DNA of 58,514 nt, filler included, from Sluysia triapertura (Eukaryota): assembly GCA_046118255.1 (NCBI GenBank). It is 4 parts of 4 records of this genome, joined end to end, with 100 filler letters (N's around TTAATTAATTAA, not from the genome) between each part and the next. Parts side by side here need not be neighbours in the genome. Positions count along the whole stretch, not along the records: positions 1 to 13,625 come from JBJNIA010028611.1; positions 13,726 to 28,947 come from JBJNIA010234451.1; 2 more parts are not named here. One strand, 5' to 3'. How positions within the stretch are numbered: the first letter of the stretch is position 1; each line of letters starts with the position of its first letter. Under the pieces are notes generated by a model. That model had not been told where the DNA came from and made no database searches. It was given only the letters and a program-made list of their open reading frames with translations. Below are positions 13,151 to 26,687 of the stretch, piece by piece. Both the position numbers and the translations under genes were made by a program.

Positions 13151-13534
13151 ATAAAATTGAATTCTTTAAAGCTGTATTAGATTTTGCTAAACTTGTTGTA
13201 GAATTTTAACATGTTGAAATAAATTAAAATGTGTTTGAAACTAAATTTCTGATTAAAGATTGTTTTGAAAGAATTGGTAAATATAATTAATCTTTGAAGG
13301 TATGATACTTGATCTAGGTAGCAAAATGAATTAGAGAACGTTAGAATAAGGTATTAAATATTGATTGAAGTTTATAATTGAAAACAATGTTTAAGTATTG
13401 AAATATCGTGAAAAAAAGGCTTATTGAGAAGGTTGTAATTTAATGAATCTAAAAGGACAATTACAAAATAACTCTTGGTATATTTAAGATGTTATTGTAC
13501 AATGTTTTGTGTGGTTCATTTATTGATGTTTTTG

Positions 13535-13625
13535 TTGTTGTTGTACTGTGTTGTTGTTGTACTGTGTTGTTGTTGTACTGTGTTGTTGTTGTACTGTGTT
13601 GTTGTTGTACTGTGTTGTTGTTGTA
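13535..13625. repeat. 16-bp tandem repeat (ttgttgttgtactgtg)n, truncated by the gap
   Basis: About 5.7 perfect units. Confidence 0.95.
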
Positions 13626-13725
13626 NNNNNNNNNNNNNNNNNNNNNNNNNNNNNNNNNNNNNNNNNNNNTTAATTAATTAANNNNNNNNNNNNNNNNNNN
13701 NNNNNNNNNNNNNNNNNNNNNNNNN
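13626..13725. other. Artificial scaffold spacer (44N-TTAATTAATTAA-44N)
   Basis: An identical 100-nt structure occurs three times; the 12-mer has stops in all six frames. Confidence 0.95.
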
Positions 13726-13798
13726 GTAGAGCAGTCGGACTGCGCAGACGATGGTCCCGGGTTCGATCCCCGGTCAGTCCATTTTACGAAGTCTAACA
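13726..13798 (+). mobile_element. tRNA-bearing element, copy 3 (5' part lost at the scaffold edge)
   Basis: gtagagc...ctgcgca...ggtcccgggttcgatccccggtcagtccattttacgaagtctaaca. Confidence 0.88.
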
Positions 13799-14867
13799 TT
13801 TGTATTTAGTATGTTTTGTGGTTTGAAGCTGTTAGGTTGTTCAAATTATGCTTACAGTAAATTTCAATTTATTGTTTGTGTATGACAAATGTAATTTATT
13901 TAATCCGTTTTATCGGAGGAAATTCAAGTATAATTGAAAACATTAATGATTGAATCTTACTTTAATATTAACAAGGATCACATTTTACGAAATCCGAACC
14001 ACTACCTTCCTAAATTAACCACATGTATAATCAATTTTATTCAGAAACTATGCAATGTTTTCACGACTGTAAAACTCATAACCAAGTGTGATTTTCAACG
14101 TAAATATTCTGAATGTTATATATAAATTAATTTAGCATATATTTGTTATATGCTTATAGTTGGAGGTTTTGTCTTAACACTATGCAAATGTTGAATGAAG
14201 ATATAGAATGTTTATTGTTACATAATGAGTATAATCGAAATATTTGGATGTGAAGGTGATGCTGATAACGTGGAGTCAGTACAAGATGTATTAATTATTA
14301 CATAGTAAACGTTTTACAGATGCCATCAAGAATGCATATCTTATGAAATTATTGAATTCTAGTAGTGATATGCCTACGTTTTCTTCTTAAGACTAGATGA
14401 TCGCAAGCACTAGTCAAAGTAGCAGAAATTAGTTACCTTTAAGTCGTAAATCGTTTAGACTGACTTTTTACTTACAAAGATTTGAGGTATTATGAATTAT
14501 GATTGGGATTATGAATTTTGTAATCACGATGATAAAGACATGCAATTAATATTAGAGAGATTATCGCAAAACATGTGAATATTTAGTCATTTATAAACTA
14601 TGTAAATTTCAGAATGTGAACAGTTTAATTTTTAATAATTTTATGAAATTTGTACTTAGATTAAATTTTTCTTAACGGAAATATCACATATCAATATTAA
14701 ATGAACAAATGAAAAAATGCTTTATAATACAATAAACATACGCGTGTTTAAATGAATTGTTTTGTAGCACAAATTTAAAAATCTTAAAAAGCTTAATGAA
14801 TTGTTGTCACTAGTAATTGTACGATATTTTTAGATTTTGCGGCTTACTCGATGTTTTGATTTTTTGA

Positions 14868-15600
14868 ATGTGTACAAGCCTACTCAAACGTTACACAAAA
14901 ACTGTACCGGTTGAATTTATGAAAATAATACAGATTAATGAAAATGCTAGGGATTTATCGCAGCAAATGGAATTAGAAATGGCGTCTGTAAATGTTACGT
15001 TACGCATGAAGTATAAAAATCCTTGGGAAAGTCATTGTAAAGAATTGAATAATTTGAAAACTTCTGATAACTTAATTTCTGCTTATTGTAAACAACCGTT
15101 GGAATTTAAAATTCAAAAAAGAGAGCTTATTGATTGGCATGATTTAGCTAAATTTGAAATGTTAACAGAAGATCTTGATATTGAATATCAAGATGATGTG
15201 GATTGTATGGCTACTTGTGAAAACCAATGTTTATCGGAATCATTCATCAGGACTTTTAAAGATAAAGTGTGTTGGAGTTCAGTCTCAGTATATCGAATTT
15301 TATCAGAATCTCCTATTCGCGATTTTAAAGTTAAAGCAAATTGGCGCAAAGTTTGTCGATTTCAAAGATTACCCTGTGGTTTCATCACAGAATTTGTTGA
15401 TTACGTATATTGGTCAAATGTCTCTTATTATCAGTATCTCGGTGAAGAATTTATTGCGAAGTATAATGATAAAGTTGAATGGAGTTATGCTTGTGAAAAA
15501 CGAATTTTATCAGAAGATTTTGTTGAGCGATTGAAGGATCGCATTAACTGGGATAATAGTGCAAGAAGTCAAACAGTTTCACAAGATTTTATAATCAAAG
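14868..15600 (+). CDS. Tryptophan-repeat protein (~7 x 23-aa repeats LSE.FI..F.DKV.W..V...Q.), resembling the entomopoxvirus tryptophan-repeat family; ORF reads on to 16271
   Basis: CLSESFIRTFKDKVCWSSVSVYR / ILSESPIRDFKVKANWRKVCRFQ / RLPCGFITEFVDYVYWSNVSYYQ / YLGEEFIAKYNDKVEWSYACEKR / ILSEDFVERLKDRINWDNSARSQ show strict 23-aa W periodicity at ~15126-15597. Confidence 0.75.
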
Positions 15601-15689
15601 GTTATGTCGAACTTATAATCTATTTTAGGTTACGCCTTAACGAAGACAATGAAATCAACTCTAACATAAGATTGATTTATGCTGATAAT

Positions 15690-15900
15690 TTAAATTATAC
15701 CAATGAAGCGATGATCCGCAAAGCAGCCTATATTAATTATGTTGTTCTACTAAATATAATCAAAATTCTCATGGGGTGCCGAGATCTTGCTAATGGCAGA
15801 ATTGCACGAACAGCTGAAGCGTCATTGATCCAACCAGGCTTTCAAGAACATGCATCCAAGAGAAGAAGAACCGTTGTAAAACCTATTGATCCAGCGAGTA
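15690..15900 (+). mobile_element. Possible RTE-clade LINE ORF2 C-terminal remnant
   Basis: YTNEAMIRKA...NGRIARTAEASLIQPGFQEHASKRRR resembles the RTE pattern TNEE..RR...GHIAR......GKRRRGRP; weak. Confidence 0.3.
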
Positions 15901-15939
15901 TCATACTTGACACATATGAAACGACTCTTTTAGTATTGG

Positions 15940-16330
15940 GTTATTGTAATATTATCGTGATTTGTTTATGCAAAGGTGCTTGTTTATATAAAACTTTTTA
16001 TTTTAATAAGTTGATCCTAGATCCATTTAGATTTTGTATTAATAGAATGTTCAGATCTTTTTATTTTAAGTCTCATTTTAGAATTGTCAATTCAAAATAT
16101 CCACAGTGCCTTAAGCACATATTTCATAATGCTAAACCGACATGCACTAAAAAGAAATTTGTAATAAATGTAAAAGACTTATTCATTAAAATTTTTAAAT
16201 ATAAATGTAGTGAACTTAAGATCGGACCTACCCTTATACAAATAATAGCCAATTCAGTAACAATCTTTTAAACATTTTATTGCCAACTACCAGCTTGATC
16301 ACTATATAAATTATCATTTAAATATAATCT
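15940..16330 (-). mobile_element. Possible CR1/Jockey-like LINE fragment (post-endonuclease linker)
   Basis: Minus-strand MRLKIKRSEHSINTKSKWI*DQLIKIK resembles the K.PWIT..L linker motif; many stops. Confidence 0.3.
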
Positions 16331-16388
16331 CTTTACCTTCAATTCATTTAAATTCAAATTAAAAATTTTGTTTAACCAATATTTTTAA

Positions 16389-16545
16389 CCCTTAAACGTC
16401 CAAATATTTATTTTTCGAATTTAAAAAATTTAACTTGTTAAAGAAAAATCAGTGTAAATTTATGACTCATTCTATTGGTAAAGATATAGGGGTAACAAGA
16501 GTATCATGTTACACAGTGCATTAATGTACGGCGGATATTTAAGCA
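16389..16545. mobile_element. piggyBac-like MITE
   Basis: TTAA|cccttaaacgtcc ... ggatatttaagca|TTAA: degenerate 13-bp TIR with TTAA flanks. Confidence 0.55.
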
Positions 16546-17397
16546 TTAAATGATCATAAGAATATCTATGAAGACATACCTTTTGTGATGTAATTGAAGT
16601 TAAAATTTTTGTATTTTGAAAATGCGTTCTTAGTTAACAAGGTTTTTTTGCATATTCACTACTACTTCATGTTGATAATTTTCTGATAAAACTTTTAAAT
16701 ACTTTGAAAACAAGTACCACAAGATCGTTTAAGTGGATCATGTAATTCTGATTCTAATATTCTCAAATTATAAAACATTAGTTTCGAAAAACAAATACAA
16801 TAAATATAAGATAATTTTTAGACGATTGATAAACGTCAATTTTTCACCTTCAAGAATTAATTTTTATTTTTACAAAACCTTTAATAAAATAAAATAAAAG
16901 AAAAAATGACCTTAAACAATAAACACACATAAATCGTCGTAAAAATGAATTAAATTAAAAAAATATTAATAGTAACCATAATAATAAAAATAAATACTGA
17001 AATAATATTTGTAATAATAAATAAAATATTAATTTATTTACATTTTTAAGACAATGAATTTAAGTTAAATTTTGATGGATTTTTATTGAACGTCAATTGA
17101 ATTTAGTGACGTTGGCTCATCATTATGCTGCAATACATATCAGACATGGATAAGTCTTAATTGTTGATGAATTATGATAATTTTATAAAAACTATTTCTT
17201 TTTTTTAGATGCAATAAAAGTACTATAACTGAACTGTCAATTCCTCTGAAAAGCGTTATGTATAATACTGATCATTAGCGGTGAAATCTCTCACTGTACA
17301 GTCAAATAACAAAACCCTTATTTTTACAAAAAATATACAATTAATTATGAATAAGTAGGATCAATTATGAATGTAAATAAATTAAGGAAATCATTTA

Positions 17398-18516
17398 CCG
17401 TAAAAGTACCGTGTATAGGCCACACCATTGTATAAGTTGTACCTTATAAATTTTTTTAAAACTATCTTTTTCTGTAAGTAAGCCTCAGCTTATTCATGGA
17501 ACATAAATATTTGAATTTTTTTTAGCATCATTTAGATATGCATTTATATATAAGTTTAATGATTATCCTATTAAATCTTTATTTAAAAACTATGTTAAAC
17601 TTCACTTTACACCAGTGGTGTCAAACACGCAGCCCACAAGAGCTTGAGATGCGGGATTTGATTGAAATTTTAAATTAAACTATTTTTAAGCATTTGAATA
17701 TACCACCTACGGCATTTTGATTCATGTTGTCACTAAGTCGGTAACATCGATTAAGCAGATCGTACCGAAGATGCGATGGTTGTTTGACAGTTTCTCCGCA
17801 GTTGCAAATTGCAAGTATTACTTACCTAATTTATCAAAACTCATCAAATAATTGACCGTAAGTATTAATTAAATTAGAGAGCATTCAAATTGGAGTAAAA
17901 AATCAGATAAGTAATAATCAAAAAGGTAACAAAATACCTGAAAAATCATAGTGTCAGTATTTCAAAACACATACAATTAAATAAAATATTTGGAAAATTG
18001 GTTTAATCATAGATTTTTGTATAAAATCTTGATTAGGTGTTTTAGATTTAGATGCTGTTTAAATAGGAAAAATAATTTCTAGGAAAAGCTATAAGTAGCC
18101 TTATAATTACGTGAAAATTAAAACCTCTTATAGAAATTGGTATCTGGAGCACTATTACTAGATCTGACTTCCATATTAAGATTTTCTAAAAATCCTACAG
18201 ACTAGCCGTAACATGTAAGACTAAGGTGAACGTTTTAATTAATAAAAATTTTACATCAATATAACGATGAATTGTAGTTTGCGTATTATAGATGATATAT
18301 TTTATGTCGAGAAGACCTAAATCATAATAAAGTTAAAGACAGTTTGGAAGAGTTACTCAAACATTCATATTGCTCGAGTTTTGATGAAAATTTTAGTGGT
18401 TTTGAATAAATTATTATTTAAATTTTCTTTAAAAAAATTTAGTTCAAAACTCCATATAAAAGCCGCAATAAATATTTCTTAGATAAGCCGCAGCTTATGC
18501 ACGGGATATTGACAGG
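17398..18516. mobile_element. Tc2/pogo-type non-autonomous element with nested insertions
   Basis: Left end TA|ccgtaaaagtaccgtgtataggccacacc and right end gcagcttatgcacgggatattgacagg|TA form degenerate Tc2-like TIRs. Confidence 0.4.
17613..17670 (+). mobile_element. hAT (Charlie-like) left terminus
   Basis: ctttacac|cagtggtgtcaaacacgcagccc is a typical CAGTGG..AAAC..GCGGCCC end; the partner end was not confidently found. Confidence 0.45.
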
Positions 18517-18809
18517 TAGTATAAAATAAAATAAAAATAAAAATTAAATTTATAAAAGTAATTATTTGATAAGCATAAATATATGCAAAACTTAAAATTA
18601 ATTGAAATTCAAATTTTAAAATAAAAACATTTTATCAATAAATCTAAGATAAATGATTAAAGTAATATCCAGACCCTTTTAACGAAGATTATATTTTTTT
18701 AATTATGTTTTCATTTATACTTAAATTTAGAAGTTTGAAGAACGTTTTTTAAGCATAACATAGAAAATTACGATATAAAACTAAAATATAAGGTTTTACG
18801 ATAATTAAA

Positions 18810-19520
18810 AAAACAATGATATATTAATTTATATTGCGCTTTAATTAAATCATTCACCATACTATTTCTGAAACAGAAAAAACTTTGCCTTTTTCTTAAA
18901 TATTTCATAAATTAATAATTTCATAATTTCTGGTAGCTGGTAACGGTATATAACCTATCACCTAGCTTGTTATCACTGTGGATTTTATATAGATTATCAT
19001 GCCTCAATGAAATATTCATCTTGGTTTCCAATTTTTGTATTATTTCTAAAAGATATCCGGGACTTCTGTAATGTAAGCGTTTGTAAATTATTGTCATGAT
19101 TTTGAATTCTATTCTTGCTTTTATTGGCAACCAATGTAATTCTTTAAGGTAAGGTGTTATAATAAACAATAATGGACCAAGTATTGATCCTGAGGAAATG
19201 CATACTTTAAATATATCTCATTTGACTTCACACTATTCAATAAAACATATTTCATTCTTTCTTTTAAATATGATTCAAACCATTTTATTACATTTTTTTG
19301 GAGATCAAAAAGTAATATTTCATGGTCAAAAGTATCAAAAGCAGCAGACATGTTTAACAAAACCATCAAAACACATTTATTGTGGTTAAAACAATTTAAA
19401 ATATCATAATTTATTCTTAAAATAGCTGTTTACGTTGAGTGATAGGCCCTGTAGACCGTTTGATACATTGTAAGTTTTATATTATATTTTTTAATGATTA
19501 TTATCTAGTTATAATTACCA
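18810..19520 (-). mobile_element. L2-clade LINE, internally deleted 3' remnant (reverse transcriptase + C-terminus)
   Basis: YQTVYRAYHST.TAILR, VLLNMSAAFDTFDHEILL, IKWFESYLKER, FPQGSILGP and ITPYLKELHWLPIKARIEFKI, followed by a short AT-rich tail. Confidence 0.9.
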
Positions 19521-20294
19521 GTAGATAATTTATGTTCATTAATTTTTAATTTACTTTTGAATTACTTTAATATTTTTATATCTTTATTACTGATGTAGAT
19601 CTTATATTATTTAATTTCAAATTTAATACATGTTAATGTTAAATGTACACATAATGATCAAATTTACTTCAAAAGTTAGAATAATTAGCACTTATAAAAA
19701 ATATTCAGATTCTTAAATTATCCAATTGAAAGGACCGTTTAATTTGAATCGGAATATTAACAGTAAAAATGATAAAAAAGTGAATAAATAAAACAAGAAC
19801 ATCAAAGAAATATTTGTTATAGGTAATTGTTTCAGATGATGGTTTTGTTTATCAAGAAATTTATCAAAACCGAAGCAATAGTGGAATAAGAAAACATTAT
19901 ATTAAATTGGATTCCTAAAATAATCTAATTTTTGTAATCAAAAAAATAATTCTCTTATACAAATATAGCATTAATATTTGAAGAAGTAATTTATATAAAA
20001 TAGTAAANNNNNNNNNNNNNNNNNNNNNNNNNNNNNNNNNNNNNNNNNNNNNNNNNNNNNNNNNNNNNNNNNNNNNNNNNNNNNNNNNNNNNNNNNNNNN
20101 NNNNNNNNNNNNNNNNNNNNNNNNNNNNNNNNNNNNNNNNNNNNNNNNNNNNNNNNNNNNNNNNNNNNNNNNNNNNNNNNNNNNNNNNNNNNNNNNNNNN
20201 NNNNNNNNNNNNNNNNNNNNNNNNNNNNNNNNNNNNNNNNNNNNNNNNNNNNNNNNNNNNNNNNNNNNNNNNNNNNNNNNNNNNNNNNNNNNNN

Positions 20295-21002
20295 AAACAT
20301 TAATTTTAATCAAAAAACAAATAAACTTAATTAAAGCTACACAGTAATCTTAATAAAGAACAGTAAAATATTCTGGATTTCACATACTGCGCTTACGTGC
20401 AGCTATATCAAACGATGAGTTCAAAGTAGCTAGAAAGGTAGACTGACATGTTGAACTTGATTTAGAACGAGACAGTTCTGAACCTGTTGAAATCATTACT
20501 TCCACAAGTTTGATTACAGATCGGTAATGCATCGTTGGAATGGAAGCTTTGTTACACAGACTGATAACAGCATCTGACACAGCTCTGTATTTGTCTTTGT
20601 TTGAATCATTCTTTCTTTTTTTCATATACAAGAAATTCTGTGGAACTAGAAGATTTGTTGGCAGTACATTTTGAGGAAGTTTACTGGCATCGTCAAATAC
20701 AGAGTGCCGTGTTACCCTTCTTGTAGCCATTACGTTACAAAACATTCAACATATTGTTCTAAATAAATAACCTACAATCGAAATAAGCAAAAGGCATACA
20801 AATTAGAAGCAAAATATACATACAAAATCTTAAAATTAATAAAGTAATAATAGAATGCGTCAAGCTGAAAATGCTGGTTAATGCAATTTTTCAGATTTAA
20901 AAATACGGCACTTTCTGTAATACAAAAGCAATTTAAAATTTTGTCAAATAAATACGGAGTTCCGTAATGATATTCCAATATTTTCTCTTTTTCAAACCAC
21001 CC
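20295..21002 (-). mobile_element. DNA-transposon left end with N-terminal transposase-like ORF (20745-20380); superfamily uncertain (GGG terminus)
   Basis: The ORF has the LPT..V...F / V..L.NKASIPT / F...LNSSFDIA pattern I recall from Cc8K15.2-like invertebrate transposases. Terminus tta|GGGTGGTTTGAAAA; truncated by the N gap. Confidence 0.55.
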
Positions 21003-21948
21003 TAATTACTAATCAATAAATATTTATTTTTAATTAATTGTTATGAAAATAGAAATTTATTTTGTAACATACTTTGTGATAAAATTTAGATTATATTGAA
21101 ATCCAGACTTATTCAGTTTTGTTATAGAATTATGGTCGTTAATTTAAAAATATGAAAACGCAATAATATCCATAAGAAGCCCATAACTTTATCGTAATTT
21201 GCGTCGTAGGATTAAGGTTTTTAAGAATAGAATATATTTTTAATCACATATATCCTTGTAATCTACAATTAACAAATAAAATTTAATCGGCACACACTTT
21301 GTTACTTTGTTGGCACCAAACCGACACTCATTAGTCAAATCAAATTAGATTAATCCGATAAGTCTTGCCAAGTTCCTAATTTTCTAAAGGTGACTTATTT
21401 GACTAACTAACTGTACATTACGTGTTCCTTTATATATAATCGTCAGGTGTGCACATATGCACATTAAGATTGCAATAGATCGTCTAAGCTGTTTGAATAT
21501 CTATCTCTAGTTTATATCAACATGAAAATGAGATCAAAACGATATATCGAAATCATCGAAATGAATTCTGCCGCTTTTAATGATCATCCTGAGTTCAAAG
21601 CTTTGGAGAAACTGTGGGACTAAATGATACTGTAACTAGTTATATAATTTTTAATATATCACAATTCAATGGGTTCGAGTGAATAATAATGCGAACTCTT
21701 ATCGAGAACAGCTTGAACGATATCTGTAAGTTCATAATTAATTTTTTTATTTTATTTTATTTTACTTAAACAATTTTAATTTTAGGTATTTAAAAAAGTA
21801 TTTTGTGTCATTTTTTTCGTCGAGTGCTCTATGAATTGGTTAACAAGTAATAATGAAGTTAACAAGATAAATTTAAAATGTTTTTATTAATAAAGATAAA
21901 TGGAATAGAACCTTAAATGCAAATATGTTTTTTAATAAATCTTATTTT

Positions 21949-22081
21949 TGTTAGACTTCGAACCCGGGACCTCTTGCTGCGCAGTGCGATGCTGTACCAC
22001 TGAGCTATCAGCCCCGTGCAATAATTTCATTTTTATTATATTCTAGTATACTACATGAAACTTTAGGCCTGTATCCTTACA
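21949..22081 (-). mobile_element. tRNA-bearing element, copy 4 (subfamily B 5' end), TSD TTTT
   Basis: tttt|tgttagacttcgaacccggg...gagctatcagcccc...ctttaggcctgtatccttaca|tttt. Confidence 0.85.
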
Positions 22082-23109
22082 TTTTTAATGATTTATTGTC
22101 AATGCCGTCTAACAGCAATGAGATTGTAAACAACCTACTGTATATTGTAGTTTCATACTAAATTTTTTTGAAAAGCATAAACGAAAATAAATCTCAAAGA
22201 GAAATTTATTGTATAAAAATTACTAGACGATTATGAATACTAGATCGTAACAGCTACACAAATAATAAAAATGCTTATTGTTAATACACAAATTTAATAA
22301 TATTAAAAAAGTAAAGGGCAAGAAAAAAGTATATACAATATAAAAATACTGGAAAAATTCAAAATTCATCAAAACTATCTTTGGTATCAATGAAATAATG
22401 ACGGGGTGACATCTATATCAAGTGTTTTTTCCCAGAGCTAGTTTTATGGTCTTCATAGTGAATAACGGAGCATATTCTGGTTTGGTTAACTGAAGAAATG
22501 GAGTAATTTTTATGAGTGTTTGTATTGTTGATGCATTATGTTGATACCTTATGTTACATTGCATTCACTAGTGTGAGAGAGTAAGGAATAAAATTTAGGT
22601 CCAAAAATATCAAATAAGTATATTTTAACTGATATTGACGTTGCATTTAAATGTATCACTTTAAATTATATCTTGAAATTTGGTACTAACCATTGGATGG
22701 TTGTGATTATGATTTGAAGTATCCACCAATTCATCTTTAATCATTTCATTTGAATTATCATTATTGCTTTTTTAAAAAGATACTATAATTATTACCAGGC
22801 ATTAATTACATTTTACAATTAAATTGCTCTCGATACTTTTCAATTCTACATCTTTAATTGAAAAATCCAAAACCTATATCATTTGCTTCATGTCCCAATA
22901 AAATATGAAGCATCAGTAACTTTGATTGAATTTTCATGGTTTAATTATTTTGCCGTAATTTGAATAATAATCTATATATTTTCGAAACACACATGTTTGA
23001 TTAGCTTTACTGCTTTGTGTATTTTACTAACTGTTATTTTTAGTTTTGGATTATCTCTTTGGATTATTATTAGTTTTGGATTATTTTGTTGAAGCTTTCC
23101 CGTTGCTTC

Positions 23110-24860
23110 TTTGAAATTATTAGAAACAATAAATCAATATCAGCTCAATTTACTTAAATATAATCTCAATAAATTCAGTACTCATCAGATGAAGTATCAA
23201 TTATCACCAATTTTCTTATTTCAACAACGAAATTTATTCAACCCAAATATTACGTTCTTCAATTAAAAATTAATAACAATAACTCAATAATATAATAATT
23301 ACAAAATCAAATACAAATTGCTATTATAAGTCTCCGCTTTAACAATAATATGAGTGAACAAACTAAAAATGATTAAATCTCAAAATTAACAATAATTTTA
23401 TAACAATATTAATCTGTAGAAAGAAACAAGAGGTGACGCAACAAAAAATCAAAATAACAATATCTAAAAAGTTATAAATAATAATAATGTCTAAATATTT
23501 TCGAATAATTTTTTCTAATTTAATAACTGAAAGTTAAATTATTCGTGCAGTGAGCCTCCCAAAACATCAATGCATAAATATAATAATAAAAATATACTAA
23601 TAATAACAAAAGTCAACTAAAGATTCCCCAAAAGTTATTTTTTATAATAATTAAAATTAAAAATTAAAAACCTTCCACAGTCATGGATTTTGATAATAAT
23701 TGTTTATTTCCTGATAGTGAAATTGTGTTGTAAAATTTTTAAGTTTTTCATTTTATACTTTATCAGCATCCAATCAATTCTGAATTTCACAATCAAACAC
23801 TCTTTCACACAAATAATCAAAACCTCTTTGAGAACTAGAACAACTTTGACAATTACATGGTACGGTGTGTCAGACATAATTAGGTACAAAATACAAAAAA
23901 ATGATTTATTACCAACCATCATTTTATTTTATACTACTCAATCTATTTTTATTTAAATTACTTATCACATTAAAATAATAATCAACAATATTGTTAACGT
24001 GCATAAAAATAATTAATTTAATTTCACTTTTTAGAATTTAATTGATTTTCTATTTCAACTTTTCTAATGAAAAATGTTTAAAGTTCTTATTCTCAAACAA
24101 GCTATTCTACAAGCATTCCAAACTCACTTCTAGATTCTCCTTTCCCATAGCAATCATCTCATATTCAATTCAATACATTCAACATTCCGTAATTAAGAAT
24201 TAATTAAAATTTGAACTCTGTCAAACCATACCTTCACCGAAAAGTCTTTTTAAAATACATACAGATTTTCAAATTTAACATAGCATTCTACATTCAAAAG
24301 TTATTCACAAGAAACCAAGAAACGTACTTTTCTCAATTAAGTTAATTAAGATTTTAATTAATTAATCTATTTTGAGACTTCATCCTATTTTTTATTTAAA
24401 GGTTTTATTAAGGTTTTATAAGGCATTCAGGAGGCCCTATATGTTTTCATCTTCACCTCTCTGATTCCTTTTTCATATTAATTAATACCATACTATATTT
24501 ATTCTTAATACCAATAACAATGATTTTATTTCTCAGATATTTTAACGATGTTAATTACTTTATAAGATTACTAAACAATTTCAAATGCTAATCAATGTTT
24601 CAAGAATATTTAAAGATTAATAAAGTCTCAGATGATTTCAAAGTTGAATAGTTCAAAGATACCAAAATCTCTCAAGGGCCCACTCAAACCTCAACAAAGT
24701 CTTAACACCTTACAGGTTTTTGGAACTCCAAGGTATTCTTAAGTTTTTAATATTATTATAGGTATTTTCATTTTCATGATTCTTATTACAATGCTTATAA
24801 TGTTCAATCATTCACTTTGTTTCTCACTCATCCACAGTTGGACATCTCAACATCTCTGCT
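23110..24860 (-). repeat. Long dispersed repeat family, copy B (longest, ~1.75 kb)
   Basis: 23110-23860 matches 53310-54270; 24040-24860 matches 9470-10240; 24700-24850 matches 54270-54450. Confidence 0.85.
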
Positions 24861-26530
24861 TTATAGCTAGTGAATAGTTATGCATGCTTTATGTGATTGG
24901 AACTTTAAAGTTTTGTCTAGGAAACGTAAATCAAGATTAGAGAGATTAAACTTCTTTTACTAATTTATTTTACAAATAATACCTATATTCTACATTAATA
25001 TATTAGATTAATATATTAATTATGAACTCCAACACTCGTCTGATTAATTCGAGATAGAAGTGCTTAATAACTAATTTATTCTTTAAAGTCGTACTTTGTT
25101 AAACTCCTTCATTGCCTTACAATATCTTGATTAATTCCGTGTCATTATACATTATCTTTAAGAGACCTTAGGAGACTTTATTTTAACTTATAATAATTCT
25201 AATCTCTTAAAATTTATTTATAAAACTTTAACTTTGTTTTACAACTCTCTTATCAATACCCCTCTTAATATTACTCGAAGAAACGAAATAAAACTATAAA
25301 AAATTTATTTCGAATAAAATAATCAAAATAGTACAGTTTTAATAATATAATACAATCCAATTAAGATAGTTATCTTTATTTATCTATCTTAAATATTTAT
25401 TTATCTATCTTACCTTTATTTAGTTAAATTAACAAAATTTTATTTAGAATTTTATAATTATTATTCAGACTAATAATAAATCAAATCTTACTCAATGTTT
25501 TCACCAAATTGTTTCAGTTATTCTTCAAAGTTTAATTCAAATTCCACTTGGACAGACTCGATACGACATTAGACAAATATTTAAATGAATATGACTGGAA
25601 TAGTTATAAATTCGTAAACTTGATATAATGCTACGTAATTTATTGTTTTTTCTTCGATTATTTCGTTCTATTTATACTATTTGATTAAGATAATTTTATC
25701 AGATATTATGCTCTTAAAATTTGATTTCCTATTAATTCCTATATTAAAATGATTTTATTAATGTAATATTAAGATTTGTTGTTTATAATATTAATCTCTA
25801 CAATCTCAATTTAAAATGATTACTTATACAATTTTGATTTAAAATAGTTATTTGTTAATAAATTTTGAATTTATATTACGTCGATTATCTCAATATAAAA
25901 ACAATATCTCATGTAATAATACTTACTTTATAAAATTATATTATAATTATTTTATACATAATAATTATACTTATATAATAATAATAATATGTGTAATTAT
26001 TATTATGCAATAGATTTTCTACTAGAGTTGTGTAATTTTAAATTTTGTGAAGTATTTAAGAATCCGGTATTTAAATCAAGTTATTTATTTGTGTTTATTT
26101 ACTTGCTTAATGTTATTGAATGTGATTGACATGTTAATCCTGATTATGAAAACCCAAGATCTGTAGATGATCGAGATGTTAATTTATTTCTTTAAATGAT
26201 TTAAATCTTGCAGACTTTCTCCATTGTTAAACAATGATACCACATTTTGAGCGGTATGTAAATTTACAGCATCGTCATATATCTTTGTGGTTTCAGTTGA
26301 TTTGAAGTGTAGTTCCAATAATTTGGTATAAGCACGTATTATTATAAATTGAATAAAATTATAAATTTTCGAATTTAACAATAAAAAGAATATCTAAACA
26401 ATTTTCTTTATCTTAGCATCAGAATTTATATTTATTTTCTACTTAAGTCATGAGATAATAAGTTTCAAACATATATCTTCAAGGAAACATAAATACTTAT
26501 GACAGGTTAATAATAATTATATCATAATTA

Positions 26531-26687
26531 TGTTAGACTTCGTAAAATGGACTGACCGGGGATCGAACCTGGGACCATCTTCTGCACAGTCGATGCTCTA
26601 CCATTGAGCTATCAGCCCCGTCTAACAATTTCATTTTTATTAAATTCAATTTTACCAAATGGCACTTTTAGGCCTTTTACCCCAACA
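26531..26687 (-). mobile_element. tRNA-bearing element, copy 5 (full length; no exact TSD)
   Basis: Complete consensus from tgttagacttcgtaaaatggactgacc to ggccttttaccccaaca; flanks atta/taat. Confidence 0.9.

Noticed and set aside
12322-13625. CRISPR-like arrays
   Set aside because: Repeats are contiguous with no unique spacers, there are no cas genes, and the context is eukaryotic.
13670-13681. TTAATTAATTAA palindrome embedded in N runs (also 28992-29003 and 45591-45602)
   Set aside because: Identical 44N-12-44N structure with six-frame stops: an assembly spacer, not biology.
13475-13681. Cys/Val-rich ORFs
   Set aside because: They are translations of the 16-bp tandem repeat running into Ns.
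18270-18310. LRIIDDIF as a Penelope RT active-site remnant
   Set aside because: Isolated short motif without supporting flanking RT motifs.
19915-20313. ORFs spanning the N gap
   Set aside because: Open only because of the Ns.
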